Source: an uncultured Clostridia bacterium
GTDB lineage: Bacteria; Bacillota; Clostridia; Christensenellales; UBA1242
NCBI GenBank assembly: GCA_944383415.1
Contig: CALWPK010000005.1
Span: 2,860 to 66,859, forward strand
Reading direction: 5' to 3'
DNA length: 64,000 nt
This document shows, piece after piece, positions 29,814 to 41,677 of the stretch. Every line of letters starts with the position of its first letter. Within the stretch, counting starts at the first letter, position 1. Both the position numbers and the translations under genes were made by a program. A model generated the notes under the pieces. It was not told the origin of the DNA and did not search any database. It was given only the letters and a program-made list of their open reading frames with translations.

Positions 29814-32800
29814 TTAATCTGAAGATTTATCATTTGATTTCGTCTTTTTCGTCTTTTTTAGTTTAGGATCAGAGGCTGAGTCTAAATTGTTTTTTGAATT
29901 CGATTGTTTTGTATCGTCGTTTTCAGCATTTTCGTCTTCTTTATTAGAGACCTCTGTATTTCTCAATTCTTCTTGATGCTCGCGTTCTAATCTTTTCATT
30001 AAAGAATTCAGGTATTGATCGGATTTTGTATATTCAATGTCCGATTCTAGTCTACTGATTGACAATCCGATATTCGCAGATAGTTTTTGTTTCTTTTTCA
30101 TTTCCTTTTGAAGTTTGTTGATTTCAGATTGGTCTGCACGCTTGATCTTCATTTCTCTTAGTTTAGATAGATCAGATTTGTATTCGTCCTCATACTGTCT
30201 TCGCTCATCATGCATAGATTCGAGTTCTTTTTTCAATTCTCTTAGTTTAGCCTCTCTCAATGAGATCGCTTTCCTCTGATACATCTGTTTCGAAACTGTG
30301 CGGTTTCTATCATACGCATTTTTTGATTTCTTTGTAGGTTTTTTCCATTTTATTTTCCTTGCCAATACGCCAACTATTGCAATAATTATTGACAAAGCAA
30401 ATAATATACTGGATATATAATATAGAATAGTGTTGTAATCTAAGTTGTTCCCGTCATCATTATCGCCAGACTCTTCATCGTCCGCATCTTCTTCAGTGGT
30501 AGTTTGAGTTAAAATTTGCGTATATGAATTTTCACTGGCCTTGTCAAATTCTGTGCTGTCGTCCTCATAGTCAGTGAATTCAATTCCCCCGAAGAACACA
30601 TCGCCCGCAACGCTTGCGGAACTGCTACCGAGTGACAATTCAAGATATGTCGTGATGTCACTGTTAGGTTGGATATAGAAAGTGTAAGTTGTCCAATGTC
30701 CATCAGATATGATTTCAGTGAATGTTTCATCGAAACTGGATAGTTTGATGCTGGCACCCATTAATTCATCATCTACATTTTCATTGATAATCTGAAGATT
30801 TTGAGTGTAGACTGACACGCTTATTTTATAATAATTTCCGCCAGTTAAATCAAATCCTAATTTAGATGTAAGAGTATAATATACGTCATCTTGAGCCCTT
30901 ATTGCCAAAACATTTTTATTGTCAGAATCTAGATTGGCAAAACTAGCATAATCGTCACTATTCGCTATCACAGAATTAAATGATTCGCGATTCGTAAGGT
31001 CTACAACGCCGAATGTAACATCTTCATTGCTTTCACTCTCAAAATAATTAGGAGTAGAGAATGCGGAGTTGCTATCTGAACTGATCAGATTTTCTAAATC
31101 AGTTTTGATTTGATACGTTGAACTGGTGGCTTGTTCAAATTCATCAGAAGTAGGCTGAATAGGATTGTTGAATGTTACATTATCAACATATACATATCCG
31201 TATTCAGAATTTGATGTGTCTAAGACAATCTTGACTGACACATCTATTGCTTGAAATCCAGTGTATAGATACATTGTGACAGTGTGCCAATTCATATCAG
31301 CGGTGTCCACCATGATAGAAGACAATACGACTTCATCCTCATTAATTGTGCTCACCAATTGTATTTGAGCGGGAGCATTCTGAGTTTGTACTTGAAGAGT
31401 AAATTTATAATAAGACCTTGCGGTCAAACTTTTCGTTTCGCTTCTATAACTTTGAATGTCTGTGGTGGAATTGTACATCATCAAGACATTGTTGCTTCCA
31501 TTCACTCCATAAGGATCGCCAGGATTATGCAAATTTGAAAATTTTGATGAGTCCAATTTGCTGAATTCAGTATCTAAAGTGTTGACCACGCCATAGAATT
31601 GGTCATAATTTCCTGTCTCAACTCTTGTCCAATCTGTTGGAGTTGCGGGATATGGAGAAGAGTAGTCAGTGATTTGCACATCATTGAAATTGCCATTGTC
31701 TATATATAGTTTGTTATCTGACCAAATATATTCTTCAGCTAGATCAATAGTTTGAGCATAAGTTCCCGTTGATACATTGTCAAATGTGGTGTAGTCAACT
31801 TTCGTCGTAATGATAGATGCGATATACATTTTCCCAGTGGTAATGTTATCCGCATCTCCCAAACCTACGACCAATTTGAATGTGGAGGATCTAATAGGGC
31901 TAGAACGAACATAGAATGAATATTCTTGATAGTCGTTTATGATATTTCCACTTTCTCCAGTGTCAGAACTGATTGTGATCACAGGTTCACTATCTTCAGC
32001 GTCCTCATCAGTGTCAGTATTCGTTTCGACCAATTGTAATGATGCATTTCCGTCCAAGTCCTTAGTTTTGACAAAGATACTAACTTTATAGACAGAATTT
32101 CTTTCAAATTCAAAGAAATCGTCACTAGTTTCGTATTCGACATAAGTTGCTTTGCTGTTTGTAATCCTGAATGCTGAATCGATGTTTCCATCGTTTGCCT
32201 CTGCGTCTATTGCGTTTTCAACCAATTCGCCAGTGGTGTAATCAGGAGAATTTTTACCCGATTCAAAATCTGATATTGTGAAAGGATTTGTGCTCATATC
32301 AAATTCTTCAATCAGATTGTCACGTTCGTCGATGTAGACATAGGTATTAGATAGTGAAGAGGAATTGAGATTATAGATATTCCTTTCTAAAGTTTTTGAA
32401 TTCAACTCGAATGCGGAGATACTATCAAACAATACGACTCCAGCACCTCGCAAATACATTGCCAATTTCACGTCAATATCTTCGATATCATTAGTTGTCA
32501 CGAAGAAAGTGTATGTGGTGTAGTGTTTGAGAGAACTTATGTTTGTGATACTGGCGTAAATTGAATTGTCATCTGAGTTTAAGAGATATAGTGCACCAAT
32601 ACCGTTATTATTTGAGGTATAGACATCTACGGATATTGAATAATTTTTATTTGCCTTAAGAGAAATTGGATCATCTGTGATGAAACCAAAATTGGCGTTG
32701 TGTGAGATCTCGTCATCAGTCGTGTCACTATCAGTATCGGATGTGCTACCATCTGTATCTGTTGTGTCACTATCTGTGCCATCGCTTCCTTCCTCGCCTA

Positions 32801-33149
32801 TAGATACCGTGCTATCTATCATCAGAACATAATTGTCACGAAAAGACTCGTCCGTTTTATATTTTGAATATTCATCTTCGTCGACATTGATCACTCCAGC
32901 ATTCACTCCTGCCGTCTCTGTGTCCGAACTTGAGGTAAACCCAGTCGGATCAAAAGGATATTCGCTATCAGGACTAGAGTCAAAATCTTGATTTGTGATA
33001 GTGATCTCATTTTGACTCTTGTTGTTCACGGCGAAAACAATGCTATCATAATCTATCAGATTGAGTAGTCCGACATTGGCAAACAAAACCAAAGTCAGTG
33101 CAGTAATACAACATATAATGTTTTTAAATAATTTTTTTCTAGTTTTCAT
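29814..33149 (-). CDS. Large single-pass membrane protein with four CBM-like jelly-roll repeats and a cytoplasmic coiled coil
   Basis: N-terminal signal; four L....Y.(I/F)SV.V.T repeats; TM ILFALSIIIAIVGVL; K/E/R-rich tail. Confidence 0.72.
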   Translation of the reverse strand: MKTRKKLFKNIICCITALTLVLFANVGLLNLIDYDSIVFAVNNKSQNEITITNQDFDSSPDSEYPFDPTGFTSSSDTETAGVNAGVINVDEDEYSKYKTDESFRDNYVLMIDSTVSIGEEGSDGTDSDTTDTDGSTSDTDSDTTDDEISHNANFGFITDDPISLKANKNYSISVDVYTSNNNGIGALYLLNSDDNSIYASITNISSLKHYTTYTFFVTTNDIEDIDVKLAMYLRGAGVVLFDSISAFELNSKTLERNIYNLNSSSLSNTYVYIDERDNLIEEFDMSTNPFTISDFESGKNSPDYTTGELVENAIDAEANDGNIDSAFRITNSKATYVEYETSDDFFEFERNSVYKVSIFVKTKDLDGNASLQLVETNTDTDEDAEDSEPVITISSDTGESGNIINDYQEYSFYVRSSPIRSSTFKLVVGLGDADNITTGKMYIASIITTKVDYTTFDNVSTGTYAQTIDLAEEYIWSDNKLYIDNGNFNDVQITDYSSPYPATPTDWTRVETGNYDQFYGVVNTLDTEFSKLDSSKFSNLHNPGDPYGVNGSNNVLMMYNSTTDIQSYRSETKSLTARSYYKFTLQVQTQNAPAQIQLVSTINEDEVVLSSIMVDTADMNWHTVTMYLYTGFQAIDVSVKIVLDTSNSEYGYVYVDNVTFNNPIQPTSDEFEQATSSTYQIKTDLENLISSDSNSAFSTPNYFESESNEDVTFGVVDLTNRESFNSVIANSDDYASFANLDSDNKNVLAIRAQDDVYYTLTSKLGFDLTGGNYYKISVSVYTQNLQIINENVDDELMGASIKLSSFDETFTEIISDGHWTTYTFYIQPNSDITTYLELSLGSSSASVAGDVFFGGIEFTDYEDDSTEFDKASENSYTQILTQTTTEEDADDEESGDNDDGNNLDYNTILYYISSILFALSIIIAIVGVLARKIKWKKPTKKSKNAYDRNRTVSKQMYQRKAISLREAKLRELKKELESMHDERRQYEDEYKSDLSKLREMKIKRADQSEINKLQKEMKKKQKLSANIGLSISRLESDIEYTKSDQYLNSLMKRLEREHQEELRNTEVSNKEDENAENDDTKQSNSKNNLDSASDPKLKKTKKTKSNDKSSD

Positions 33150-33247
33150 TCTAACCTCTTTAATAATTATTGCTATAAACTAATTTATTATAATATAAAT
33201 TTAAGAAATTAGCAAATAAATTTAAGCAAAAAGAACAATATAACAAT

Positions 33248-33610
33248 ATGAAAAAAGTAAAGAAAGTCTACATAATTATTTTTGGCGCGATAATAGGCAT
33301 AATCAATGGATTTTTCGGCGGTGGTGGGGGAATGGTCGTAGTGCCATTATTGAACAAAATGTTTGGCTTAGAGCAAAAAAAAGCACAGGCAACCGCGCTT
33401 TTTGTCATCTTGCCTATCAGTTTAGTTAGCACAATTGTCTATATGTGTCATCACTCAATAGATTTCAAAGAAGGATGGCCAGTGATCATTGGGATAATTC
33501 TGGGAGGAGTGATAGGGGCACTTCTTTTGAACAAAATAAAAAACAATGTCATAAAAGGAATCTTCATATTTTTTATGTTGCTTGGTGGCATAGGGATATT
33601 GATATGGTGA
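33248..33610 (+). CDS. TauE/SafE (TSUP) family half-size protein
   Basis: G..NG.FGGGGG...VP.L....A.AT motif with 4 TMs. Confidence 0.85.
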   Translation: MKKVKKVYIIIFGAIIGIINGFFGGGGGMVVVPLLNKMFGLEQKKAQATALFVILPISLVSTIVYMCHHSIDFKEGWPVIIGIILGGVIGALLLNKIKNNVIKGIFIFFMLLGGIGILIW

Positions 33611-33614
33611 AAAT

Positions 33615-34043
33615 ATGATTTTTTGGGAAATAATCGCAGGAATTATAGGAGGAATTATTGGAGGAATGGGAATGGGTGGCGGAACACTTACGATTCCTAT
33701 TCTAACAATCTTTTTGTCGTATGCTCAACTTAGCGCACAGGGCATAAATTTAATCGCGTTTTTACCAATGTCCATAATCGCTCTCATCATTCATATCAAA
33801 AATCATTTGGTGGCGTTCAAACAGACTTGGCTACTCGCTCTAGTTGGGTGCATATTTTCGCTAGGAGGCGCATTGCTCGCCAATCATATATCAAATGCTG
33901 TATTGAAGAAATTGTTTGCGGTGTTTTTGATTGGTCTTGCAATTTGGCAAATCGTAGAGATGATAAAGGCGAAGAAGAAAAAATCAGAGGAAGAAAAGTC
34001 GGAAAAATCCGGCGACACGAAAGAGAATAATACACACAAGTAA
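33615..34043 (+). CDS. TauE/SafE (TSUP) family half-size protein
   Basis: GMGMGGGT..IP.L...Q..AQGINL..F.P motif with 4 TMs. Confidence 0.85.
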   Translation: MIFWEIIAGIIGGIIGGMGMGGGTLTIPILTIFLSYAQLSAQGINLIAFLPMSIIALIIHIKNHLVAFKQTWLLALVGCIFSLGGALLANHISNAVLKKLFAVFLIGLAIWQIVEMIKAKKKKSEEEKSEKSGDTKENNTHK

Positions 34044-34227
34044 TGAGATGTGTAAAAACGTAAAAATTATAAAAATATATAAAATTTACCATAAAAATAT
34101 CGTTTTTTGCGAAAAAAATATGAAAAAACAGAAAAAAATCCATTTTTAATTTTATCAAACGCGACATTTGAAAATAAATAATCGATAGCCTTGCTCAATT
34201 TGAATTTAGAATATTTTATATCAGTTG

Positions 34228-34971
34228 TCAAAAAGAATTGAGTATACAAGAATGATTTATCACAATATCGATCAGTTTGTATTTTAATTTTTGCGACACA
34301 CTTTGTTCATTCGCCTCTTCTTTCAGTTCTTCAAAATAATCTGTAGTGTCAACAATTTTGGCGACATATTTTTTTGCTTTATTATATTTTGAATCTGTCT
34401 TGAAACGATCGAAAAAGTCATCACTATATTTTATAAATTCGGATTTTATATCATCTAGATTAAAAAACAATTGATTAATGCTGATTTCATCCGTGTCAAA
34501 ATTTATTATGCATTTATAAATGGAGTTTATTAAGTCGAGAGTGGCGGACAATAGATTCTCTATACTTTTGTTTTGATTGTCAGATAGACTTTTCAATCTA
34601 TAAAATTTGTCGCATTCTAGTGTGTAAACAGAGGCTAAAGGATAGTCGGATTTTAGATTTTCGCACACGGTTTCTGCATCTTTTTTGCTAGGATAGAAAG
34701 ATGCGAATACGTGATACTTCCCATCGTAATAAACATATCCTGCTCCGTTGAGCGAACTGATTGTGTTTGCCAAGTCATTTGCTTCGTTGTACGATAAGAA
34801 AGAATTGATTTCTACTAAATAAAATTTATTTTTTCCGAGAGAATTTGGATACAAAAACATTGCGAGTCCTAAGGCGATTAGTATCAAAAAAGAAAGTAAA
34901 ACAAATCCTGTTGTTTTGCGCTTGTTTATCTTTTTTTTATATTGGTAATAATCAAATTGGTATGATTGCAT
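34228..34971 (-). CDS. Membrane-anchored SPOR-like domain protein
   Basis: N-terminal TM, then FY.V....F....A..LA......GAGYV......YHV...Y....DA..V...L. Confidence 0.6.
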   Translation of the reverse strand: MQSYQFDYYQYKKKINKRKTTGFVLLSFLILIALGLAMFLYPNSLGKNKFYLVEINSFLSYNEANDLANTISSLNGAGYVYYDGKYHVFASFYPSKKDAETVCENLKSDYPLASVYTLECDKFYRLKSLSDNQNKSIENLLSATLDLINSIYKCIINFDTDEISINQLFFNLDDIKSEFIKYSDDFFDRFKTDSKYNKAKKYVAKIVDTTDYFEELKEEANEQSVSQKLKYKLIDIVINHSCILNSF

Positions 34972-35067
34972 ACTTATTTTATTAAAAAAGAAAAAAATTT
35001 ATGAAAAAGTGTCAGGTTTGTGAAAAAATATTGACATTGTCACGTATAATTTGACTAGGAGGAGGAA

Positions 35068-36962
<1,895 letters not shown>

Positions 36963-37430
36963 AGGATGTATAATAGAGATTGGAAGATGTTAATTTGGTA
37001 TTGAAATTGTATATAATTTAGAAAAAAATATTTCATAAAATATATATTGAACAGTATGAAAAATTAAATAAATTTGATGTTTAAATTATTAAATCAATTG
37101 AATTCTAAGGAAGCAAGAATCAAGATTGAAAATAGAAAATCTATATTATAAAGGAAAAAGAAACATTAATAGTAAAAAGACAAAAAATTAAAAAAATTTA
37201 ATAAAAAATAAGTAAAAACAACAAAAAAATAGTAAAAAATCATAAAAAATAAAAAATTTTTGAAAAAAAATGGTAATTCAATTTCGCCAAACGAATAGAT
37301 TAGAAAAAAATAATTTAATTTTTTAATTAAAATATTTTAATCAGTATTGTTTGAATAAAAAAATATTGATTGAAAAATATTGTAAAAATTTCTCCAATTA
37401 AATAATATAAAATTTAAAAATGTTTCAAAT

Positions 37431-37489
37431 AAAAAATGTGTGAATTTCCATCTGATAAGTATCATATCATTCATTCACACATTTTTTTT
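37431..37489. terminator. Long-stem hairpin, probable valS terminator and possibly bidirectional
   Basis: aaaaaatgtgtgaat...attcacacatttttt, a 15-bp inverted repeat. Confidence 0.6.
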
Positions 37490-37495
37490 AGTATT

Positions 37496-40123
37496 TTATT
37501 TCAAGTTTTTTAGTTTCTCTTCCAAAGACTTTTTGCTGTTCAACAAATATTCGTATCTTGCTTTTTCTTTTTCTACAAGTTGTTGTGGGGCACGCGCTAC
37601 GAAGTTTGGGTTAAGAATTCTACTTTCCAGTATTTTAATTTCGGAATTCATTTTGTCTATATCTTTATTTATTTTTTCGCGTTCTTTTTCGGTATCGACA
37701 ACCTCATTTTTGTAGAAATAAAATTCGCCCAACTCGCATACAAATTTTACATTCTCACTATCAATATTTTCTACAACATCAACCTTTTCAATATTTGTCA
37801 TTTTTGATAAAACTAACCTAGATTCATCGATGATATTTAAACTATCTTTAGAAGCATTGTTTTTATTCACAACAAGAGTTATACGCTTTGATGGTATGAC
37901 ATTATAACTCAATCTCGTCTCTCTTATTTTTTGAATCAAGGAAATAATCTTTTCTATATCTTCAGTTTCTTTTTTGAAATATCCGATAGAGGAAGCATAA
38001 CTTTGATTAATTAGCATTTCGTTTGTAAAGTTTGAAAATATATCCTCTGTGATGAAAGGTATTATCGGGTGTAGTAGTTTCAAAATGTTTAGATAGATAT
38101 CTTTCAAAATAGCACAAGCGTTGGCTCTAGTGTTCTGATCGTCACTATATACATAAGGTTTTGAAAATTCGAGATAATAATTGCAGAATTCATCCCATAC
38201 GAAAGAATACATTTTGTTTACGGCTTGGCAAACATCTAAATTGTCAATCAGTTTGTTTATCTCTTCAATTGTCTCAAATAGTTTTGAATATATCCATTTG
38301 TCAAATATATTCAATTTTGTTGTATCAAGTTTGACTTCAGTTGTTTGACTTAAAACTAATTCTAAGAATTTGCCAGAATTAAAGACTTTATTGATAAATT
38401 TCCTATCTTCTAATATCTTTTCTTCGCTGAATCTAAAATCGTTGCCCGTTCCGTTTCCGAACAACAGAGAAAGTCGTAATGAATCTGCTCCATATTTCTC
38501 AATAATTTCAATAGGATCAACTCCGTTGTTTGAAGATTTGCTCATCTTTTTGCCTTCGTCATCTCTGACTATTCCATTGATCAAAACTTTTGAAAATGGA
38601 GTCTTCCCCATAATCTTTTTTGATAGCATCACCATACGTGCCACCCAAAAGAAAATTATATCTTGAGCGGTCACCAAAATTGAGGTAGGGAAGAAAGTCT
38701 TTAGGTCGTCAGTTTTGTCAGGATATCCGAGCGTTGAGAATGGCCACAATGCAGAACTAAACCAAGTGTCCAAAACATCTGGATCTTGTGTAATGTCTTT
38801 ACTGCCACACTTATCGCAAACAGATGGATTATGAATTTCGACCATAGTATTGCCACAATTTTTACAATAATACGCAGGTATTCTATGTCCCCACCAAAGT
38901 TGCCTTGAAATACACCAGTCTTTGATGTTTACTAACCAGTTCCTATAAATTTTTTGCACTCTGTTTGGCACAATTTCAAGTTCATTTTTGTCAATTGCTT
39001 CGAGCCCTAAATTTGCCATATCTTGCATTTTCATAAACCACTGTTTGCTCATCATAGGTTCAACGGCATTGTGACATCTGTAGCAGGTGGCTTTTGGTAG
39101 ATTGTACGGCTCAATTTTTTCTATTAAATCTAGAGATTTCAATTCCTCTACAAGTTGTTTCCTGCACACATATCTATCCAAATTGGCATATTTCCCGCAA
39201 TAATCATTCATAGTGCCGTCAAGGTTCATAATCTTTATAGGTTCAAATCCGTGTCTTTTCCCTACCTCAAAATCATTGAAATCGTGCGCTGGAGTAATCT
39301 TAACTACGCCAGTGCCGAAATCTTTTTCCACATAATCATCGGAGATAATAGGAATTTTTTTGTTTATTATCGGAAGTATCAATTCTTTTCCAATCTTGTC
39401 TTTGTATCTTTTATCATTTGGATTCACTGCAACGCACACATCACCAAACATAGTCTCAGGTCGCGTTGTTGCTACTACTAGATATCCGCTTTTGTCTGCG
39501 TAAGGGTAGCGTATATACCACAAACTAGAATTTTCATCAACGTGTTCAACTTCTGCATCTGATAGGGCAGTTCTGCAAGTTGGGCACCAATTGATTAGTT
39601 TTTCTCCGCGATAGATGTAACCCTCGTCATAAAGTGTTTTGAACACGTGCAACACAGACTTTTGTCTCTTTTCGTCCATGGTGAATGCACATCTGTCCCA
39701 ATCGCAACTGCAACCTAGAGTTTTGAGTTGTAATTTTATACGTCCGCCAAATTTATCATTCCACTCCCAAGCGCGCTTCAAGAATTCATCTCTTCCCAAC
39801 TTTTCTTTTGACAAACCTTCCTTTTTCAACGATTCAATTATTTTAACCTCTGTGGCAATAGAGGCATGATCTGTGCCGGGTATCCATAGAGTGTTGTATC
39901 CCTTCATTCGTTTGAAACGAATCAAAAAATCTTGCGTTGTATTATTCAGTGCGTGACCGATGTGTAGTTGTCCAGTGATGTTTGGTGGTGGCATAATAAT
40001 AGTAAAATTTTCCCTATTTATGCTTTTGTTTGAATCGGAAAGCGGTTTGAAACAATGATTTTCTTCCCACTTTTTATAAATTAATTTTTCTTTGTTCTGC
40101 GGTTCATAAGTTTTATCCAACAT
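37496..40123 (-). CDS. valS: Valine--tRNA ligase
   Basis: PPPNITGQLHIGH, PGTDHASIAT, ATTRPET, WCISRQLWWGH, KMSKS and a C-terminal coiled coil. Confidence 0.98.
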   Translation of the reverse strand: MLDKTYEPQNKEKLIYKKWEENHCFKPLSDSNKSINRENFTIIMPPPNITGQLHIGHALNNTTQDFLIRFKRMKGYNTLWIPGTDHASIATEVKIIESLKKEGLSKEKLGRDEFLKRAWEWNDKFGGRIKLQLKTLGCSCDWDRCAFTMDEKRQKSVLHVFKTLYDEGYIYRGEKLINWCPTCRTALSDAEVEHVDENSSLWYIRYPYADKSGYLVVATTRPETMFGDVCVAVNPNDKRYKDKIGKELILPIINKKIPIISDDYVEKDFGTGVVKITPAHDFNDFEVGKRHGFEPIKIMNLDGTMNDYCGKYANLDRYVCRKQLVEELKSLDLIEKIEPYNLPKATCYRCHNAVEPMMSKQWFMKMQDMANLGLEAIDKNELEIVPNRVQKIYRNWLVNIKDWCISRQLWWGHRIPAYYCKNCGNTMVEIHNPSVCDKCGSKDITQDPDVLDTWFSSALWPFSTLGYPDKTDDLKTFFPTSILVTAQDIIFFWVARMVMLSKKIMGKTPFSKVLINGIVRDDEGKKMSKSSNNGVDPIEIIEKYGADSLRLSLLFGNGTGNDFRFSEEKILEDRKFINKVFNSGKFLELVLSQTTEVKLDTTKLNIFDKWIYSKLFETIEEINKLIDNLDVCQAVNKMYSFVWDEFCNYYLEFSKPYVYSDDQNTRANACAILKDIYLNILKLLHPIIPFITEDIFSNFTNEMLINQSYASSIGYFKKETEDIEKIISLIQKIRETRLSYNVIPSKRITLVVNKNNASKDSLNIIDESRLVLSKMTNIEKVDVVENIDSENVKFVCELGEFYFYKNEVVDTEKEREKINKDIDKMNSEIKILESRILNPNFVARAPQQLVEKEKARYEYLLNSKKSLEEKLKNLK

Positions 40124-40138
40124 AAACTCTCCTTAAAA

Positions 40139-40507
40139 TAAAAAAATCTTGCAAAATGCAAGGACGAATCATATCGTGGTACCACCTTACTTCAAACGCT
40201 AATTCAATTTGTTTGACTCCTACAAGATTTTATCAACAAACTTATCTTAAATAGATTTTTTCTTATTTTGGTATGATCTATTTATTTTGAAAATTCATTA
40301 ATAGATAAAATTTTAGAATCAATAATGATTTCGCGCTCCTTATTTCGAACTGACGTATCTTCTCAACTACGCAGACGGTCTACTATTCTTCTTCGTCTGA
40401 ACTCGTTTGCTACCTTCACTAATAACTTTCCTAAATTGCTCTCAGCAAATGCAATTCTCTCTTAAAGGCGTTTGTTAGTTACTCCTCAAACTTTTATATC
40501 GTTTCTC
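40139..40507 (-). promoter_or_regulatory. T-box riboswitch leader of valS (Val specifier GUA)
   Basis: Minus strand: stem I with AGUA, AGAGA and GCUGA motifs; specifier GAAG-GUA at 40413-40411; T-box AAGGTGGTACCACG at 40188-40175; terminator cttgca-tttt-gcaag with a T run. Confidence 0.9.
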
Positions 40508-40513
40508 AATTGT

Positions 40514-40542
40514 ATACTACCATATTTGAATCATATTGTCAA
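40514..40542 (-). promoter_or_regulatory. Sigma-A promoter of the valS leader
   Basis: TTGACA-17-TAGTAT with a TG extension. Confidence 0.7.
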
Positions 40543-40573
40543 CTATTTATAAAGGTTAGATAATATGGTGAAT

Positions 40574-40602
40574 TTGACATTGTCTATTTGTTATGTTAAA
40601 AT
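40574..40602 (+). promoter_or_regulatory. Sigma-A promoter facing rsmA
   Basis: TTGACA-17-TAAAAT with a TG extension. Confidence 0.65.
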
Positions 40603-40714
40603 AAAAGGTGAATAGATCAAAATTTTATATGATTTAGTTATATTCATTTTGTAGTGCACCATTTTGCAAAAGACAAACTATCTGCGTATAGATATATTGG
40701 CGAATAAGCAAAAC

Positions 40715-40762
40715 AAAAAAAACTGGCATACGCCAGCCTTGTCATTAGAATTTCTTTTGTAT
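40715..40762 (-). ncRNA. Candidate ~48-nt small RNA
   Basis: Minus-strand promoter TTGACT-17-TATTAT (40797-40769) followed by a ggctggc-gtat-gccagtt hairpin with a U run; no ORF between them. Confidence 0.4.
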
Positions 40763-40825
40763 ATTGTAATAATAGCATTAAATTGAAGAAAAGTCAATAA
40801 AAAAATAAAAATTAGGGAGAAAAAG

Positions 40826-41677
40826 GTGAAAAACATTGAAAAAATAGAGAAAAAATCAAAAAAAATACAAAAAATTGGTGATGTAAATTTTAATTTCAAA
40901 AAAAGTTTAGGTCAAAATTTTATTTTTGATACGAATTTGCTGAAGGCTATAGCGTCGGATGGAGAGGTTGGGAAAAATGATCTAGTCATAGAGATCGGAG
41001 CAGGCACAGGGAGTTTGACTAGGCAATTGGCACGAGTCTCTAAGAAGGTTATATCATTTGAAATAGACAAGACGTTGATTCCTACTTTGAATAATCTAGC
41101 GGAAGAATATAAAAATATTGAATTTCATTTTTCCGACTTTATGGACTGCGATATTGAAAATTTATTTGAGGGCAGAGCGAAGGTCGTAGCGAATATCCCA
41201 TATTACATCACGACACCGATTGTGTTTAAACTAGTAGATCATATTGAAAAATTCGATAGCATTCTTTTGCTTGTTCAAAAGGAGGTGGCGATACGGTTTG
41301 CTAGCGAATGTGGTGGCAAAGACTATGGAATAACGAGTGTCATTTTGCAATCTATTTTTGATGCATCAATCCCACGAATAGTGAAAAAAGAATGTTTCAC
41401 ACCATCGCCAAAGGTGGATAGTGCACTTTGCAAACTGGTCCCGCATAAGAAATATAATATTGAAAATTTTGATGACTTCAAGAGATTTGTTCACTTAGCC
41501 TTTTCAATGCGTAGGAAGACGCTAATTAATAATCTAAAATCTGAATATTCGAAGGAATCGGTATCTTCAATTTTGAAGAAATTGGGCTATATAGAGATGA
41601 TAAGACCGGAACAAATCTGTGTAGAGAATTTTATAAAAATTTTTGAATTTTTAAATAAAACATATAAAAATGCATAA
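40826..41677 (+). CDS. rsmA: 16S rRNA dimethyladenosine transferase RsmA/KsgA
   Basis: KKSLGQNF, EIGAGTG, NIPYYITTP, QKEVA.R, F.P.PKVDS and RRKTL.NNL. Confidence 0.97.
   Translation: MKNIEKIEKKSKKIQKIGDVNFNFKKSLGQNFIFDTNLLKAIASDGEVGKNDLVIEIGAGTGSLTRQLARVSKKVISFEIDKTLIPTLNNLAEEYKNIEFHFSDFMDCDIENLFEGRAKVVANIPYYITTPIVFKLVDHIEKFDSILLLVQKEVAIRFASECGGKDYGITSVILQSIFDASIPRIVKKECFTPSPKVDSALCKLVPHKKYNIENFDDFKRFVHLAFSMRRKTLINNLKSEYSKESVSSILKKLGYIEMIRPEQICVENFIKIFEFLNKTYKNA

Noticed and set aside
36963-37495. Replication origin in the AT-rich spacer
   Set aside because: No DnaA-box cluster (TTATCCACA) and no dnaA or dnaN nearby.
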